From NCBI GenBank assembly GCA_963734995.1, contig CAVTJD010000012.1, positions 13,754 to 77,753 on the forward strand: DNA of 64,000 bases. Reading direction: 5' to 3'. The notes below the pieces were generated by a model. It was not told the DNA's origin, did not search any database, and saw nothing but the letters and a program-made list of their open reading frames with translations. The stretch is from an uncultured Chloroflexia bacterium. GTDB taxonomy: Bacteria; Chloroflexota; Limnocylindria; Limnocylindrales; CSP1-4. Of this stretch, positions 9,649-20,173 are shown one piece after another; the stretch's first letter is position 1; every line of letters begins with the position of its first letter. The position numbers were made by a program, and so were the translations under genes.

Positions 9649-11414
9649 GGTACGCCCTCCCCTTCCCGGCGCCCTTCGATGAGGGCGATGAAGGCATCCT
9701 CCATCGTCGGCTCGGGCCGACCGGCACTGCGGAAACGCCCCTTGAGGGATTCGGGGGTTCCTTCGGCGAGAATCTCCCCTTGGGCCATGATCACCAGGCG
9801 GTCGCAGTACTCGGCTTCCTCCATGAAATGGGTGGTCACCAGCACCGTCACCCCCCGCTCGGCCAGCACGCCGATACGCTGCCAGAACTCGCGCCGGGCC
9901 AGGGGATCGACCCCCGAGGTCGGTTCGTCGAGAAAGAGGATCTCCGGCCCATGCATCAGGGCGGCGGCGAGGGCGAGGCGCTGCTTGAAGCCGAGCGGTA
10001 AAGTGCCGCTGGCGGTGCCGGCGAGGTTGGCCAGTTCGAATTCCTCCAGCGCCCAGTCGATCCTCTGCCGCTGGGCGCGGCCGGAAAGCCCGTAGGCGCT
10101 GCTGAAAAAGCGCAGGTTCTCGAGAACGCTCAGGTCGGGGTAGAGGGAGAACTTCTGGGCCATGTAACCGATGCGGCCGCGCGCCTGGGCGGCGGCGCGG
10201 CGCAGGTCCCGTCCGGCTACCTGCAGGCTTCCCGCCGAGGCCGGAAGCAGGCCGCAGAGCATGCGGAAGGTGGTGGACTTGCCGGCGCCGTTGGCCCCGA
10301 GAAGGCCGAAGACCTCCCCGGCGCGCACGGAAAAGGAGATCCCCCGCACGGCGTAGAACTCCCCGAAGCGCCGCTGCACATCACGCACCACGATCACCGC
10401 CTCGCCGCCGGCGCTTTCAGTGGCGAGGGGAATCGCCATCGTCGGCGGGGAGGGAAGTCCCACCTGCTCGCGCAGCAGGGTGACGAAACTGTCCTCGAAA
10501 CGCGGCGCGACCGCCTCCAGCGTCACCCCGGTGCGACCAGGAAGAAGAGCCTGCACCTCGGGCGGGTTCCCCGGGGCCATCACCAGGCGAACGCCGTCCT
10601 TCTGCACGGTGGCGTCGACGACCCCCTCGGCCCCCGTCAGCTCCTTCTGCAGGAGGCGCTTGTTCACCCCCGGGGCGCGCACATGGAAGCAGCGCCCCTC
10701 CATCCGGTGGCTGAAGCCGGCCGGTTCCCCGTGGCCGATCAGCCGTCCCTCGTGCAGCAGGAACACCTCCTGGCAGCGCTCGGCCTCGTCGAGGTAGGCG
10801 GTGCTCAGCAGCACCGCCATCTCCTGCTGCTCCACCAGACGGTAGACGATGGCCCACAGCTCGCGGCGCGAAACCGGATCGACGCCGACGGTCGGCTCGT
10901 CGAGCAGCAGTAGACGCGGAGGCTGGAGCAGGGTGCAGGCGAGCCCCAGCTTCTGTTTCATGCCGCCGGAGAGGTTGCCCGCCAACCGGGCGGTAAAGGG
11001 GCCGAGACCGGTCAGGTGCGTCAGCTCCTCATAGCGCCCTTTCCGTCGGGAAGGCGGCACCCCCTTGAGGTCGGCGTACAACGCGAGATTTTCCCCGACG
11101 GTCAGGTCCTCGTAGAGGCCGAAGCGCTGGGGCATGTAGCCGACGGCCCCCTGCACTTCCTCGGGCCGGCGGCGCACGTCGATTCCGAGCACCTGCAGCT
11201 CTCCCGCCTCGGGCAGCAGCAGTCCGCAGGCCAGGCGCATGAAGGTGGTTTTGCCGGCGCCGTCGGGGCCGATGAGGCCGGAGACGATGCCCGGCCGCAC
11301 CTGCAGGCTCACCCCGTCCAGGGCCCGGATGCTCTGCTGCCCTTGGCGAAAACTCTTGACCACCCCGTCGAAGGCCAGAGCGGCGGTTTCCTCTCGCTTA
11401 TCCCCCGCCGCCAC
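9645..11414 (-). CDS. ABC transporter with two ATPase domains, YbhF-like (start approximate, GTG)
   Basis: GPDGAGKTT / LSGGMKQKL / LLLDEPTVGVDP and GANGAGKST / LPLGFKQRL / FLDEPTSGVDP. Confidence 0.92.
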   Translation of the reverse strand: MAAGDKREETAALAFDGVVKSFRQGQQSIRALDGVSLQVRPGIVSGLIGPDGAGKTTFMRLACGLLLPEAGELQVLGIDVRRRPEEVQGAVGYMPQRFGLYEDLTVGENLALYADLKGVPPSRRKGRYEELTHLTGLGPFTARLAGNLSGGMKQKLGLACTLLQPPRLLLLDEPTVGVDPVSRRELWAIVYRLVEQQEMAVLLSTAYLDEAERCQEVFLLHEGRLIGHGEPAGFSHRMEGRCFHVRAPGVNKRLLQKELTGAEGVVDATVQKDGVRLVMAPGNPPEVQALLPGRTGVTLEAVAPRFEDSFVTLLREQVGLPSPPTMAIPLATESAGGEAVIVVRDVQRRFGEFYAVRGISFSVRAGEVFGLLGANGAGKSTTFRMLCGLLPASAGSLQVAGRDLRRAAAQARGRIGYMAQKFSLYPDLSVLENLRFFSSAYGLSGRAQRQRIDWALEEFELANLAGTASGTLPLGFKQRLALAAALMHGPEILFLDEPTSGVDPLARREFWQRIGVLAERGVTVLVTTHFMEEAEYCDRLVIMAQGEILAEGTPESLKGRFRSAGRPEPTMEDAFIALIEGRREGEGVP

Positions 11415-12474
11415 GTGACGCCTCCGCGCAGGGGTCCGCCCGATCGAGACGTGTCCCGTCCCGCTCCTCTTTCCGATCCTGGTTAAGGGGGACGTTGACG
11501 GTGACCGGCATCCCCAGGCGCAGCTCGTTCTGCGGGTTGCAGACATAGATCCGCACCTGATAAACCAGCTTGCTGCGCAGCTCGGCGGTCTCCACCTGCT
11601 TGGGGGTGAATTCAGCCGTGGGGGAGATGTACCCCACCCAGCCGCGATACTTTTTGCCGGGAAAGCTGTCAGTGGCGACCTCGGCCCTGATTCCCGGGGC
11701 GATCTTGCCCAGATCCGGCTCCTCCACGTAGGCCCGCACCCAGAGGGGGTTGGTGAGGGCCAGGGTGAGGACCGGGGTCTGGGGAAAGGCCATGTCCCCA
11801 GGTTCGAGGAGGCGGTCCTGAACAACCCCGGTGGCGGGGGCATACAGACGGGTGTCGGCCAGCTCCTGCGCAGCAAGCTTCAGGGCCGCCCGACTGGAGG
11901 CGAGCCGCGCCCGGGCGGCGGCGATCTCCTCCTTGCGTGGGCCCTTCACCGCCAGGGCGAGCTGCTGGCGGGCGACATCCAGCCGGGCGCGGGCTGCCTT
12001 CAGGGCCGCCTCGGCGTCGTCGCGCTTCTGCTTGGGAACATATTCGGTCTTGGCCAGGATGTTAGCCCGCCGGTAGGTCTTTTCGGCATCCCGCAGAGCC
12101 GCCAGGCTCTCATCGACCCGGGCCCGGGCGGCGGCGATCTCCTCCGGACGACTTCCGGCCAGAAGGCGCGCCAGGACCTGCCGGCGGTCGGCGACCTGGG
12201 CCCGGGCGCGGTCGGCCGCCGCTTCGTAGCGCACCGGGTCGATCCGCGCCACCAGCTGGCCGGGGGCAACGGCGGCCCCCTCCTGCACGTCGATGCGGGA
12301 GATGCGCCCGGTACTCTGAAAGGCGAGCCGGACCTGCCGCAGATCGACGTTGCCGTACAGACGCAGGGTGTCCGGCGGCATCTGTTTGCCCCCGGAGAAA
12401 ACAAACCAGACGGCGAGGGCAATCCCTCCCAGGACCAGAATCCCCACCGGCAGCAGCATCCGCTTCTTGCTCAT
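11398..12474 (-). CDS. HlyD-family membrane fusion protein, YbhG-like
   Basis: N-terminal TM, LYGNVDLRQV, GSRPEEIAAA repeats, YISPTAEFTPKQVET. Confidence 0.92.
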   Translation of the reverse strand: MSKKRMLLPVGILVLGGIALAVWFVFSGGKQMPPDTLRLYGNVDLRQVRLAFQSTGRISRIDVQEGAAVAPGQLVARIDPVRYEAAADRARAQVADRRQVLARLLAGSRPEEIAAARARVDESLAALRDAEKTYRRANILAKTEYVPKQKRDDAEAALKAARARLDVARQQLALAVKGPRKEEIAAARARLASSRAALKLAAQELADTRLYAPATGVVQDRLLEPGDMAFPQTPVLTLALTNPLWVRAYVEEPDLGKIAPGIRAEVATDSFPGKKYRGWVGYISPTAEFTPKQVETAELRSKLVYQVRIYVCNPQNELRLGMPVTVNVPLNQDRKEERDGTRLDRADPCAEASRGGGG

Positions 12475-13841
12475 GGTGACATCTCCTTCCGCGCGCGGCT
12501 TCCCCCCTCGCGCGTGAGCAGCAGCGCGTTGACGGCCCGCAGATCCTTTTCGCTGAGGACCCCCGCAGCCCGCTTGAGCCGGAGGCGGGCGAGCACGTGC
12601 CGATAGCGCGCCAGGTAGTCGTTGCGCTGAGCGACGGCGTAATCCTGAACCACGGTGAGCAGATCGACGATAGAGCGGGTCCCGACCCGGTATCCCTGGC
12701 GGGTCGCCGCCAGGGCAGTGCCGGCCGAGGCGAAGGCCTGGGTGGCCGCCTTCAGCTCCGTGACACTGCTCTCCAGGGCGAGAAAGGCATTATCGGCCTC
12801 GAGCTTCACCCGGTCCTCCACCCCCTCCAGTCGGTGACGGCTCGCCTCGGCCGTCGCCAGAGCCTGACTGGCGCGGGCACCGATGGCACCTCCCTGAAAA
12901 AGGGGAATTTCCAGGCGCAGTCCCACCAGCGCCTCCTCACGATGGATGTCCGGGAGAAAATCTCCCCGGCTCTTGCGGTAGCTGGCGTCCAGGTCGAGCC
13001 GCGGCCAGCGGGCCCGGCGGGCAACGTCGATCTGCCGCCGGGAAACCTGCAGCTCCTCCCGCGCCCGAGCGAGCAGCGACCGGTTTTTCAGCGCCACCTC
13101 GGTCCAGGCCGACATCCGGTCCGGATGAGGCCCTTGAGGCTGCAGGGGGCCGAGGTCGCGCAGAGCCCCCACCGGTGCGTGGGTGAGACGTTCGAGCTCG
13201 CGCCGGGCGATGCGCAGAGCATTTTCCGCCCGGATTCGATCCGCCTCGGTCGCATCCCGGCGAGCCCTCGCCTCGTCGACCGACACGATATCGCCGCTGC
13301 CAACCTGGCGGAAGGTTTCGGCTTGGTCGAGGATACGCTGCAGCAGCTCGCGCTGTCCCTGGGCAACGCGCCGCTCGGCGGCGGCCCGCAGAACGGCGAA
13401 ATAGGCCTGACTCACCTCCAGGGCGAGCTGCTGCTCGGCACCGTGCAAGGCCGCCTCCTCCGCTCGAACCCCGGCCTTGGCGGCACTCATGGCAGAATAG
13501 GAGGGACCGTTGAAGAGGGGCTGCGTCAGGGTGACGCTGTAGGAGGAAGCCGTGTAGCCTTCGTCAACCGTGAAGGCGGGAAACCCGGTAATGTCGGCAT
13601 GATTGCGACTGATCCCGGCCGCCGCTGACAGATGCGGCAACAGGCCGGCCCGGGCGAGGGGGCGGTTGGCCTCCTCTGCCTGCAGGCGGGAGCGAGCCTG
13701 GGCAAGAGCCGGACTGGTGGCGACAGCCTGGCGGTAGACGGCGAGCAGGTCGGCTCCCCGCGCGACACCAGCGCCGGCGAACAGGGTACTTGCGAAGAGG
13801 AGCGCCGGAACGAACCTCCTGGCCATGAGAAAAAAGGTCAT
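12471..13841 (-). CDS. TolC family outer membrane channel
   Basis: Signal peptide, ADLLAVYRQA, LTQPLFNG, PLFQGG, YRVGTRSIVDLL. Confidence 0.9.
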   Translation of the reverse strand: MTFFLMARRFVPALLFASTLFAGAGVARGADLLAVYRQAVATSPALAQARSRLQAEEANRPLARAGLLPHLSAAAGISRNHADITGFPAFTVDEGYTASSYSVTLTQPLFNGPSYSAMSAAKAGVRAEEAALHGAEQQLALEVSQAYFAVLRAAAERRVAQGQRELLQRILDQAETFRQVGSGDIVSVDEARARRDATEADRIRAENALRIARRELERLTHAPVGALRDLGPLQPQGPHPDRMSAWTEVALKNRSLLARAREELQVSRRQIDVARRARWPRLDLDASYRKSRGDFLPDIHREEALVGLRLEIPLFQGGAIGARASQALATAEASRHRLEGVEDRVKLEADNAFLALESSVTELKAATQAFASAGTALAATRQGYRVGTRSIVDLLTVVQDYAVAQRNDYLARYRHVLARLRLKRAAGVLSEKDLRAVNALLLTREGGSRARKEMSP

Positions 13842-14140
13842 GGGAATCCCACCTGAAAGAATGACCGGTCACCGCTTAAGGCCCGGCCAATAGCACGAAG
13901 TCAACATCACACGGCAAAGCAGGCTAACATCCTTGAAACATTATACCTTGATGAAGGTCAATTTTCAGGATCTACCGGTGGCTATGTTTCAGAAAGGCAA
14001 AGAGAAGGACGCCGGAGACCTCCCCGGCAAGATTGCCGAGCCGCTCCAGCGCTCAGCTACCCCCTTGCCGGGGAGGTGAGATTTCTGGGGAAATGAATGA
14101 GAATGGGGGGAAGGAAAGGCTTCAGGTCCGGATGGGGCCT

Positions 14141-14641
14141 TTATAAAAATCGTTCCTCCAAAAAAGCGGCAACCTCCTCGGGCCGATTCAGGTCCAGAAC
14201 CGGGACGTCGAGTTCGAGCGGCTCGTCGCTGGCCACCGCGATCAAGGTCGGGTCGTTCACCGCGCCCCGGCACAACAGCTCCGGCGCATGAGAGCACCGG
14301 TGCACCTCGATCTTCGGCAACCCACCCTGTTTGAACCCTTCGGTCAGCACGATGTCCACGTCGGCAAAATAGGTGGAAATCAACTCCTCGATAGGCGGCG
14401 AGGCGGCGTGCTTCTTCACCAGAGCGAGCTTCTCCGCGGAGGAAATCAGCATGGTGTCCGCTCCGGCGGCGGTCAACCGGTGGCTGTCCTTTCCGGGGTG
14501 GTCGATAGCGAAGCGATGGGCGTCATGTTTGACGACGCCGACCTTATGCCCGCGCCGCTTCAACTCGGCGATGACCTTCTCCAGAAGAGTTGTTTTCCCG
14601 GTTCCCGACCGGGCTACGAACGAGACCGCTTGAATCGTCAT
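14141..14641 (-). CDS. mobB: Molybdopterin-guanine dinucleotide biosynthesis protein B
   Basis: SGTGKTTLLEK, VKHDAH, DHPGKDS, DIVLTEGFK, PKIEV. Confidence 0.93.
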   Translation of the reverse strand: MTIQAVSFVARSGTGKTTLLEKVIAELKRRGHKVGVVKHDAHRFAIDHPGKDSHRLTAAGADTMLISSAEKLALVKKHAASPPIEELISTYFADVDIVLTEGFKQGGLPKIEVHRCSHAPELLCRGAVNDPTLIAVASDEPLELDVPVLDLNRPEEVAAFLEERFL

Positions 14642-14677
14642 GAAATGGCTCCTTGAAAGTAGGGGGCAAATTATCGA

Positions 14678-16038
14678 TCACGAAAAATCCGCTCCCTTTT
14701 CCGGCAGTTCAATCTCTACCTGCAAGCCCCCGTCCGGAGCATTGACCGCAGTAACGCTGCCCCCGTGCAGATGCACCGCCCGCTCGGTGATGGCGAGGCC
14801 GATGCCCGTGCCGCCGCTCTCCCGGGTCCCGGGCCTCCTCCACCCGGTAAAAGGGCTGGAAGATTTTCGGCAGCTCCCCCGCCGGAACCCCGGGCGCCGT
14901 GGTCTCGCACCCGGATCAGGGCCCCCTGGGCGACGGCGCTCGAGCGACCTCGACCGCGGTGCCCGCCGCGGTATGCCGAAGGGCATTGCGTACAACATTT
15001 TCCATCGCCTGCCTCAGAGCTCCCGGGAGCCCGAAAGGGCGAAGGGGCCGCTTTTCTGCAGCACCACTGAGCGGTTGCGGTTTCGGGCCTCGAAGTCCGC
15101 ATCGGCGACGACCTCCCTGACCAGGGGCTCCAGTTCGACGGGAACCGGCCGGACCAGGCCTCCGCCGCTCTCAGAAAGGTTCAGGCTGAGGAGCTGCCCG
15201 ATCAGCTCGTTCAGCCGTCCCGTTTCGCGCTCGATGCGGTCGAGGGCCTCCAGGGCCCCTCCCCCGAGCGCCGGCGGGCAAGCTCCAGGGCGACGTTGAG
15301 CCGGGCGAGGGGCGAGCGCAACTCATGGGAGATGTCCCGCAGCAGGCGCCTCTGGGAGCCGACCAGTTCCTCGATGCGCTCCGCCATCTGATCGAAATCC
15401 CCGGCCAGATCCGCGATTTCGTCCTGCCCCCGGATGCCGTCGCCCACCCGGGTGGAGAGGTCGCCTCCGGCGAACTGCTGGGTGGCCTGGCGAAGCTTTC
15501 GGATCGGCGCGCTCAGCGAGCGTGCCAGCAGATAGGCGATCAGGCCGGTGACGAGAAAGGTCACGATCAGGCGGGAGGTCAGGCGATGGGGATTGAGGAT
15601 GCGCTCCAAACGACTGGGCCGCTTCAGTTCGGTGACAAAGACATAGTGGTCGGTTAGCCGGAAGCGCCACCCAGAGGCCCCGGGGACTGGGGACGAACTG
15701 GATCGTGCCGCTGCGTTCGACCTGATGGGCCAGTCTCGCGACATCGGGGGAAGCGGGGCTGGCCGCCGGAGGGAGACCCTGCATTTTCCAGAAAGAGAAG
15801 GCACATGATGACCGGATTGTCCGCTCCAAGGCAAGCGATTTTGCGTGCAAGGCCTCCGCGACCGCCCTGCTCGTAGGCGCCGATCAGACTCCTGCTTTGA
15901 CGGGTCAGATTCCGCCGGTGGCGCTCCAGACTCCCCTCGGCCGTGATCGGTGGTCAGGGCGAGCACGATGCCGATGGTGGCAATCAGCGTCATGGCCACC
16001 CAGAACCAGAGAAATATTTTGACGAAAAGGCTGCGCAT
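14678..16038 (-). CDS. CpxA-like HAMP sensor histidine kinase; several frameshifts
   Basis: MRSLFVKIFLWFW TM, HAMP (GDLSTRV..DEIADLAGDFDQMAERI), H-box DISHELRSPLARL, G-box GGTGIGLAI..HGG. Confidence 0.85.
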
Positions 16039-16039
16039 G

Positions 16040-16761
16040 CTAGCCCGACTGCTCCCCGGTTTCCGCCGACAGGGCATATTGGTAGCCGATACCGCGCACG
16101 GTTTTGATCCGCTCCATTTCTCCACCTGATGACCCAGCTTCTTGCGCAGGCTGCTGATATGCACGTCGAGGCTTCGGTCGTAAGGGGAAAGCCGGCGTCC
16201 CAGCACCGAGCGGACCAGATCCTCACGGCTCCACGATCTGCCCCGCCCGGCGCAGCAAATTTCCAGCAGAGAAAACTCGACGGAGGTCAAATCCACCTCC
16301 CTCCCCTGTTGCTTGACGGGCGCGAACCGACGTTCAGTTCGATGTCGCCCAGACCCAGGGGTTCGCCGGGGCTATGGCGGGGCCTTCCTTTGCCGCCGGG
16401 GCTTCGGCGCGACGCTGAATGGCCCGGATGCGCGCCACCAGTTCCCGGGGGTTGAAGGGCTTGGGAAGATAGTCGTCGGCACCCATCTCCAGCCCGACGA
16501 TGCGGTCCACATCGTCGCCGCGGGCGGTGAGCATGATGACCGGAATCTTGGAATGCTCGCGGATGCGGCGCAGCACCTCGAAACCATTCATCTCCGGCAG
16601 CATAACATCCAGAACCACCAGCGAATGGTCGCCCGACAGCGCCACTTCGACCCCCGCCTGCCGTCGTTGACGGTCTCCAGCTCGAAACCCTCCGGAGTCA
16701 GGTATTCGCCCAACAGTTCGCACAGTTCAATATCGTCGTCAATGACCAGAACGCGGCTCAT
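16040..16761 (-). CDS. CpxR/OmpR-family response regulator; several frameshifts
   Basis: [75 protein letters not shown] across frames. Confidence 0.88.
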
Positions 16762-16819
16762 CCGTCCCTCCCCTCGCTCAAGGTTTGCCCCATTGTAAAC
16801 CAAAATCCGGTCGGGCGCG

Positions 16820-16834
16820 GTAAAGAATTGTAAA
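16820..16834 (+). promoter_or_regulatory. CpxR-box-like direct repeat
   Basis: GTAAA-GAATT-GTAAA matches the GTAAA-N5-GTAAA consensus, in the divergent promoter region. Confidence 0.6.
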
Positions 16835-16946
16835 GACTCTCTTTTCCGGCCTAAAAAAACTTTACCGGAAACAGCTCACTCTTAATACCGGCTTTAAATT
16901 GAATCCGGTAGGCTGGAATCAAACGCAGGTGAAAGGAGGAGACGCC

Positions 16947-17765
16947 ATGACACATCGGATGAAAAGAATGAGAACCTGGGCCACCCGATTTCTGGCAATC
17001 GCCATGGTGGCAGCCGGGCTGCTTCTGAGCACAACCGCCCCTTCCCGGGCGGATGGCACCGACAAGAACCGGAAGGAGATTCGGCATCACCAGACGATTC
17101 GGCATCACCAGACGATTCGGCATCACCAGACGATTCGGCATCGCCAGACGGTTCAGCATCGCCGGACGGTTCAGCATCGCCGGACGGTTCAGCATCGCCG
17201 GACGGTTCAGCATCGCCGGACGGTTCAGCGTCGCCGGACGGTCCAGCATCGCAGGGTGGTCCAGCATCGCAGGGTGGTTCGGCATCGCAGGGTAACGATG
17301 CCGGAGCGTCGGCTCCGACTCCATCGCAGCATCCGGGTCGGCCGCTTTACCTACTATTTTCACCAGGGCCACTTTTACCGCAGGGGACCCCGCGGTTATC
17401 TTTCGGTTCGCGCCCCTTTCGGCGCCATGGTGATGAGCCTGCCCCTCGGAAGCGTCCGTGTTACGGTGGGCGGCCTCGACTACTGGATGGCTGACGGGAT
17501 CTATTTTCGCCCGGAGCTCCAGGGGTACCGGGTGGTGACGGCGCCGCTCCTGCCGGCCTCCGGACAGGGAGCGATCGCCGTGGAAGTTCCCTCCCTGAAC
17601 GTCCGTTCGGGCCCGGGGTTGGATTTTCCGGTCGTGGCCCAGGCCGTACAGCCTGAAGTTCTAGCCGTGATTGGCAACGCGCCCGGTTGGTATTACGTCC
17701 AATTGCCGGATCGGGAGGTCGGCTGGGTCATGGCCCGATTCACTCGGCCGCTTCCGCAGGGGTGA
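16947..17765 (+). CDS. Secreted protein: signal peptide, 12x His/Arg-rich hexapeptide, Tyr-rich DUF6515-like region, C-terminal bacterial SH3 domain
   Basis: AAGGAGG RBS; SRA-D signal cleavage; YYFHQGHFYRRGPRGY..VRAPFGA; LNVRSGPGLDFPVV..GWYYVQL...GWV. Confidence 0.8.
   Translation: MTHRMKRMRTWATRFLAIAMVAAGLLLSTTAPSRADGTDKNRKEIRHHQTIRHHQTIRHHQTIRHRQTVQHRRTVQHRRTVQHRRTVQHRRTVQRRRTVQHRRVVQHRRVVRHRRVTMPERRLRLHRSIRVGRFTYYFHQGHFYRRGPRGYLSVRAPFGAMVMSLPLGSVRVTVGGLDYWMADGIYFRPELQGYRVVTAPLLPASGQGAIAVEVPSLNVRSGPGLDFPVVAQAVQPEVLAVIGNAPGWYYVQLPDREVGWVMARFTRPLPQG
17079..17294 (+). repeat. In-frame 18-bp tandem repeat, 12 units
   Basis: ATTCGGCATCACCAGACG x3 drifting to GTTCAGCATCGCCGGACG x4 and then to GTCCAGCATCGCAGGGTG. 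Confidence 0.95.
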
Positions 17766-18020
17766 GAGCTTCGGTCCGAAAATAGGCCGGTGAGTCGGTC
17801 CGCTTTCCGTCCGGACGGAGCTCTTGGTTTTTCTGGACCCTTTCCGTGGAACGTGTTTGAATGGCTGTTTTTCAGGGGGTTGATGCGGCGCAACCGGCAC
17901 GTCGTTGCCGGCCGAGGCGGCAGGGGTGCAATGGCCTGGGGCGCGGTCGCCTCGCGCTGTTCTGTGCCGCCGAAATCAAACCCGCAGAAACGCTCGTCCA
18001 TCGATCGTGGAGTCAAAGGA

Positions 18021-19231
18021 ATGAACGGAAAAAGGATCGGAACTGTCGTAAAAATCGCTCTGACGGTCGCCGGGGTTCTGCTGGTGGCGAAGCTGGGCCT
18101 GAGCCTGGTCAAGCCTGATGGGGACGCGGCCGTGAAGCCTCCCTTCCAGGTCGCAGAGGTGCACCGGGGAACGCTGGAGACGCTGGTTTCCAGCACCGGC
18201 ACCCTGGCAGCGGTGGAGACCGTGGATGTCGGCACCCAGGTCTCGGGAACCATCTCCCGCCTGGCTGTCGACTTCAATGATCGGGTAAAAAAAGGGCAGG
18301 TGCTGGCGGTCCTCGACCAGCCCTGTTTCAGGCCGCCGTCGGGGAGGCCGAGGCAACGGTATAAAAAGCCCGGGCGCAGCTCGCCCAGGCCGAGGACGAA
18401 TTCAGGCGCAATAAACCCCTGCTCGAGCAGGGGTTTATCTCCGAACAGGAATTTCTTCCCATACCAGACCGGGGTCGCGACCGCCAAAGCCGATCTGGCT
18501 TCGGCGCAAGCCGGTCTGAAACGGGCGCGGACCAATCTCGCCTACGCCGTCATTCGCTCTCCGATCGACGGGCATCATCATCGCCCGCAACGTCGATGCC
18601 GGGCAGACCGTCGCCGCGAGCTTCAACACCCCCACCCTGTTCGTCATCGCCAAGGACCTCGCGAACATGCAGATCGAGGCCACGGTGGATGAGAGCGACA
18701 TCGGACAGATCCGCCAGGGACAGGCGGTGCGGTTCACCGTGCAGGCCTACCCGGACAGGACCTTTACCGGCAAGGTCACTCAGATTCGCCTGCAACCCCA
18801 GACCATCTCCAACGTTGTCAACTACACGGTAATCATTCAGGCAGAAAACGCCCGGGGACTGCTGCTTCCGGGGATGACGGCGACGGTTGATTTCGTGGTA
18901 GCCCAGGTGAAAAACGCTCTGCTGGTCCCGAACGCTGCCCTGCGCTTCCAACCGAAGACAAATAATCAGGCGCACCAAACCCGCCCCAAAGCGATGACAG
19001 CGAACGCCGCCGAAAGAGACAACGGGCTATCTCTACACTCTCGGCGAGGGAGAACGCCCGCAGCGGCTCCGGGTTAAAACGGGACCGAGCGACGGAATAT
19101 CGACAGCCGTTACCGGCAACGACATCCAACAGGGAATGGAAGTGATCACCGGACTCAGGCAACAGGAGCAAACGGCCCGCAGCGGCAAAGGGTTCTTCAG
19201 CATCTTTCGCCCACCGCACCACGGCCGATGA
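18021..19231 (+). CDS. MacA-like efflux periplasmic adaptor; frameshifted
   Basis: [60 protein letters not shown]. Confidence 0.88.
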
Positions 19232-19242
19232 GCGGAGGCGAC

Positions 19243-20007
19243 ATGGAGACCATTGTCCTGAAAAACATTCGCAAGGTGTTCACCATGGGCGACACCCGGG
19301 TCGAGGCCCTGCGGGGGGTTTCGCTGACCGTCGCCAACGGTGAGTTCGTGGCGATCATGGGGGCCTCGGGATCGGGAAAGTCGACCCTGATGAACATCCT
19401 GGGGTGTCTCGACCTGCCGAGCGAGGGGGAACTACTTCCTGGAGGGCGTGCGGGTCAACGGCCTCAACAAACGGCAGCTGGCCGACATCCGCAACCAGAA
19501 GATCGGCTTCGTCTTCCAGGGCTTCAACCTGCTGCCGCGCACCACGGCGCTGGACAACGTCGAGCTCCCGCTGCTCTACGGCCGCAGCGGACACGTCCAA
19601 GATCCCCGGGCCCAGGCGGTGGCGGCGCTGGAGCAGGTCGGCCTCAGGGACCGGCTGCGCCATGAGCCGACCCAGCTCTCCGGCGGCCAGCAGCAGCGGG
19701 TGGCCATCGCCCGCGCCCTGGTCAACCGGCCGGCGATCCTGCTCGCCGACGAGCCGACGGGCAACCTCGACAGCCGCACCACCGTCGAGGTGCTGGCCGT
19801 CTTCCAGTCCCTCAACGAGCAGGGGATCACCGTCATTCTCGTCACCCACGAAGCGGAGGTGGCCCACTACGCCAAACGGGTCGTCGAGGTGCGGGACGGG
19901 CTGATCCTGCGCGACGAGCCGGTGACCCGCGCCGCCGGGCGGCAGAGGATCTGGAGCAGTGGAGCGCCACGGGGAACTGGTCCGGATTGGGACATAAGGC
20001 ATGTTAA
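19243..20007 (+). CDS. MacB/LolD-type ABC ATPase; frameshift near 19430, 3' end approximate
   Basis: [45 protein letters not shown]. Confidence 0.9.
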
Positions 20008-20081
20008 CGCAGAGCCGCCGAGACGCAGAGGAGCCCTTTAATCTTCACTTTTCTTTAGGCCTTGTCCTCGGCGTCTTTGCG
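20006..20081. repeat. CGCAGAG-type imperfect inverted repeat between the ATPase and permease genes
   Basis: ACGCAGAGCCGCCGAGACGCAGAGGA ... TCCTCGGCGTCTTTGCG. Confidence 0.5.
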
Positions 20082-20173
20082 ACGTGAGAGAGCGACGCGA
20101 ACGGGCGTTAAAAATAGGTTTGCTTTGGTTTTTCCATCAGAAAATCGGACTCTTAAAGGAAATCGAATTGACC

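Noticed and set aside
17079-17294. CRISPR array
   Set aside because: Units are contiguous with no unique spacers, lie in frame within a gene, and no cas genes are present.
16851-17372. Minus-strand ORF with MLNRPA repeats
   Set aside because: Shadow of the plus-strand repeat gene, which has the RBS, signal peptide and recognisable domains.
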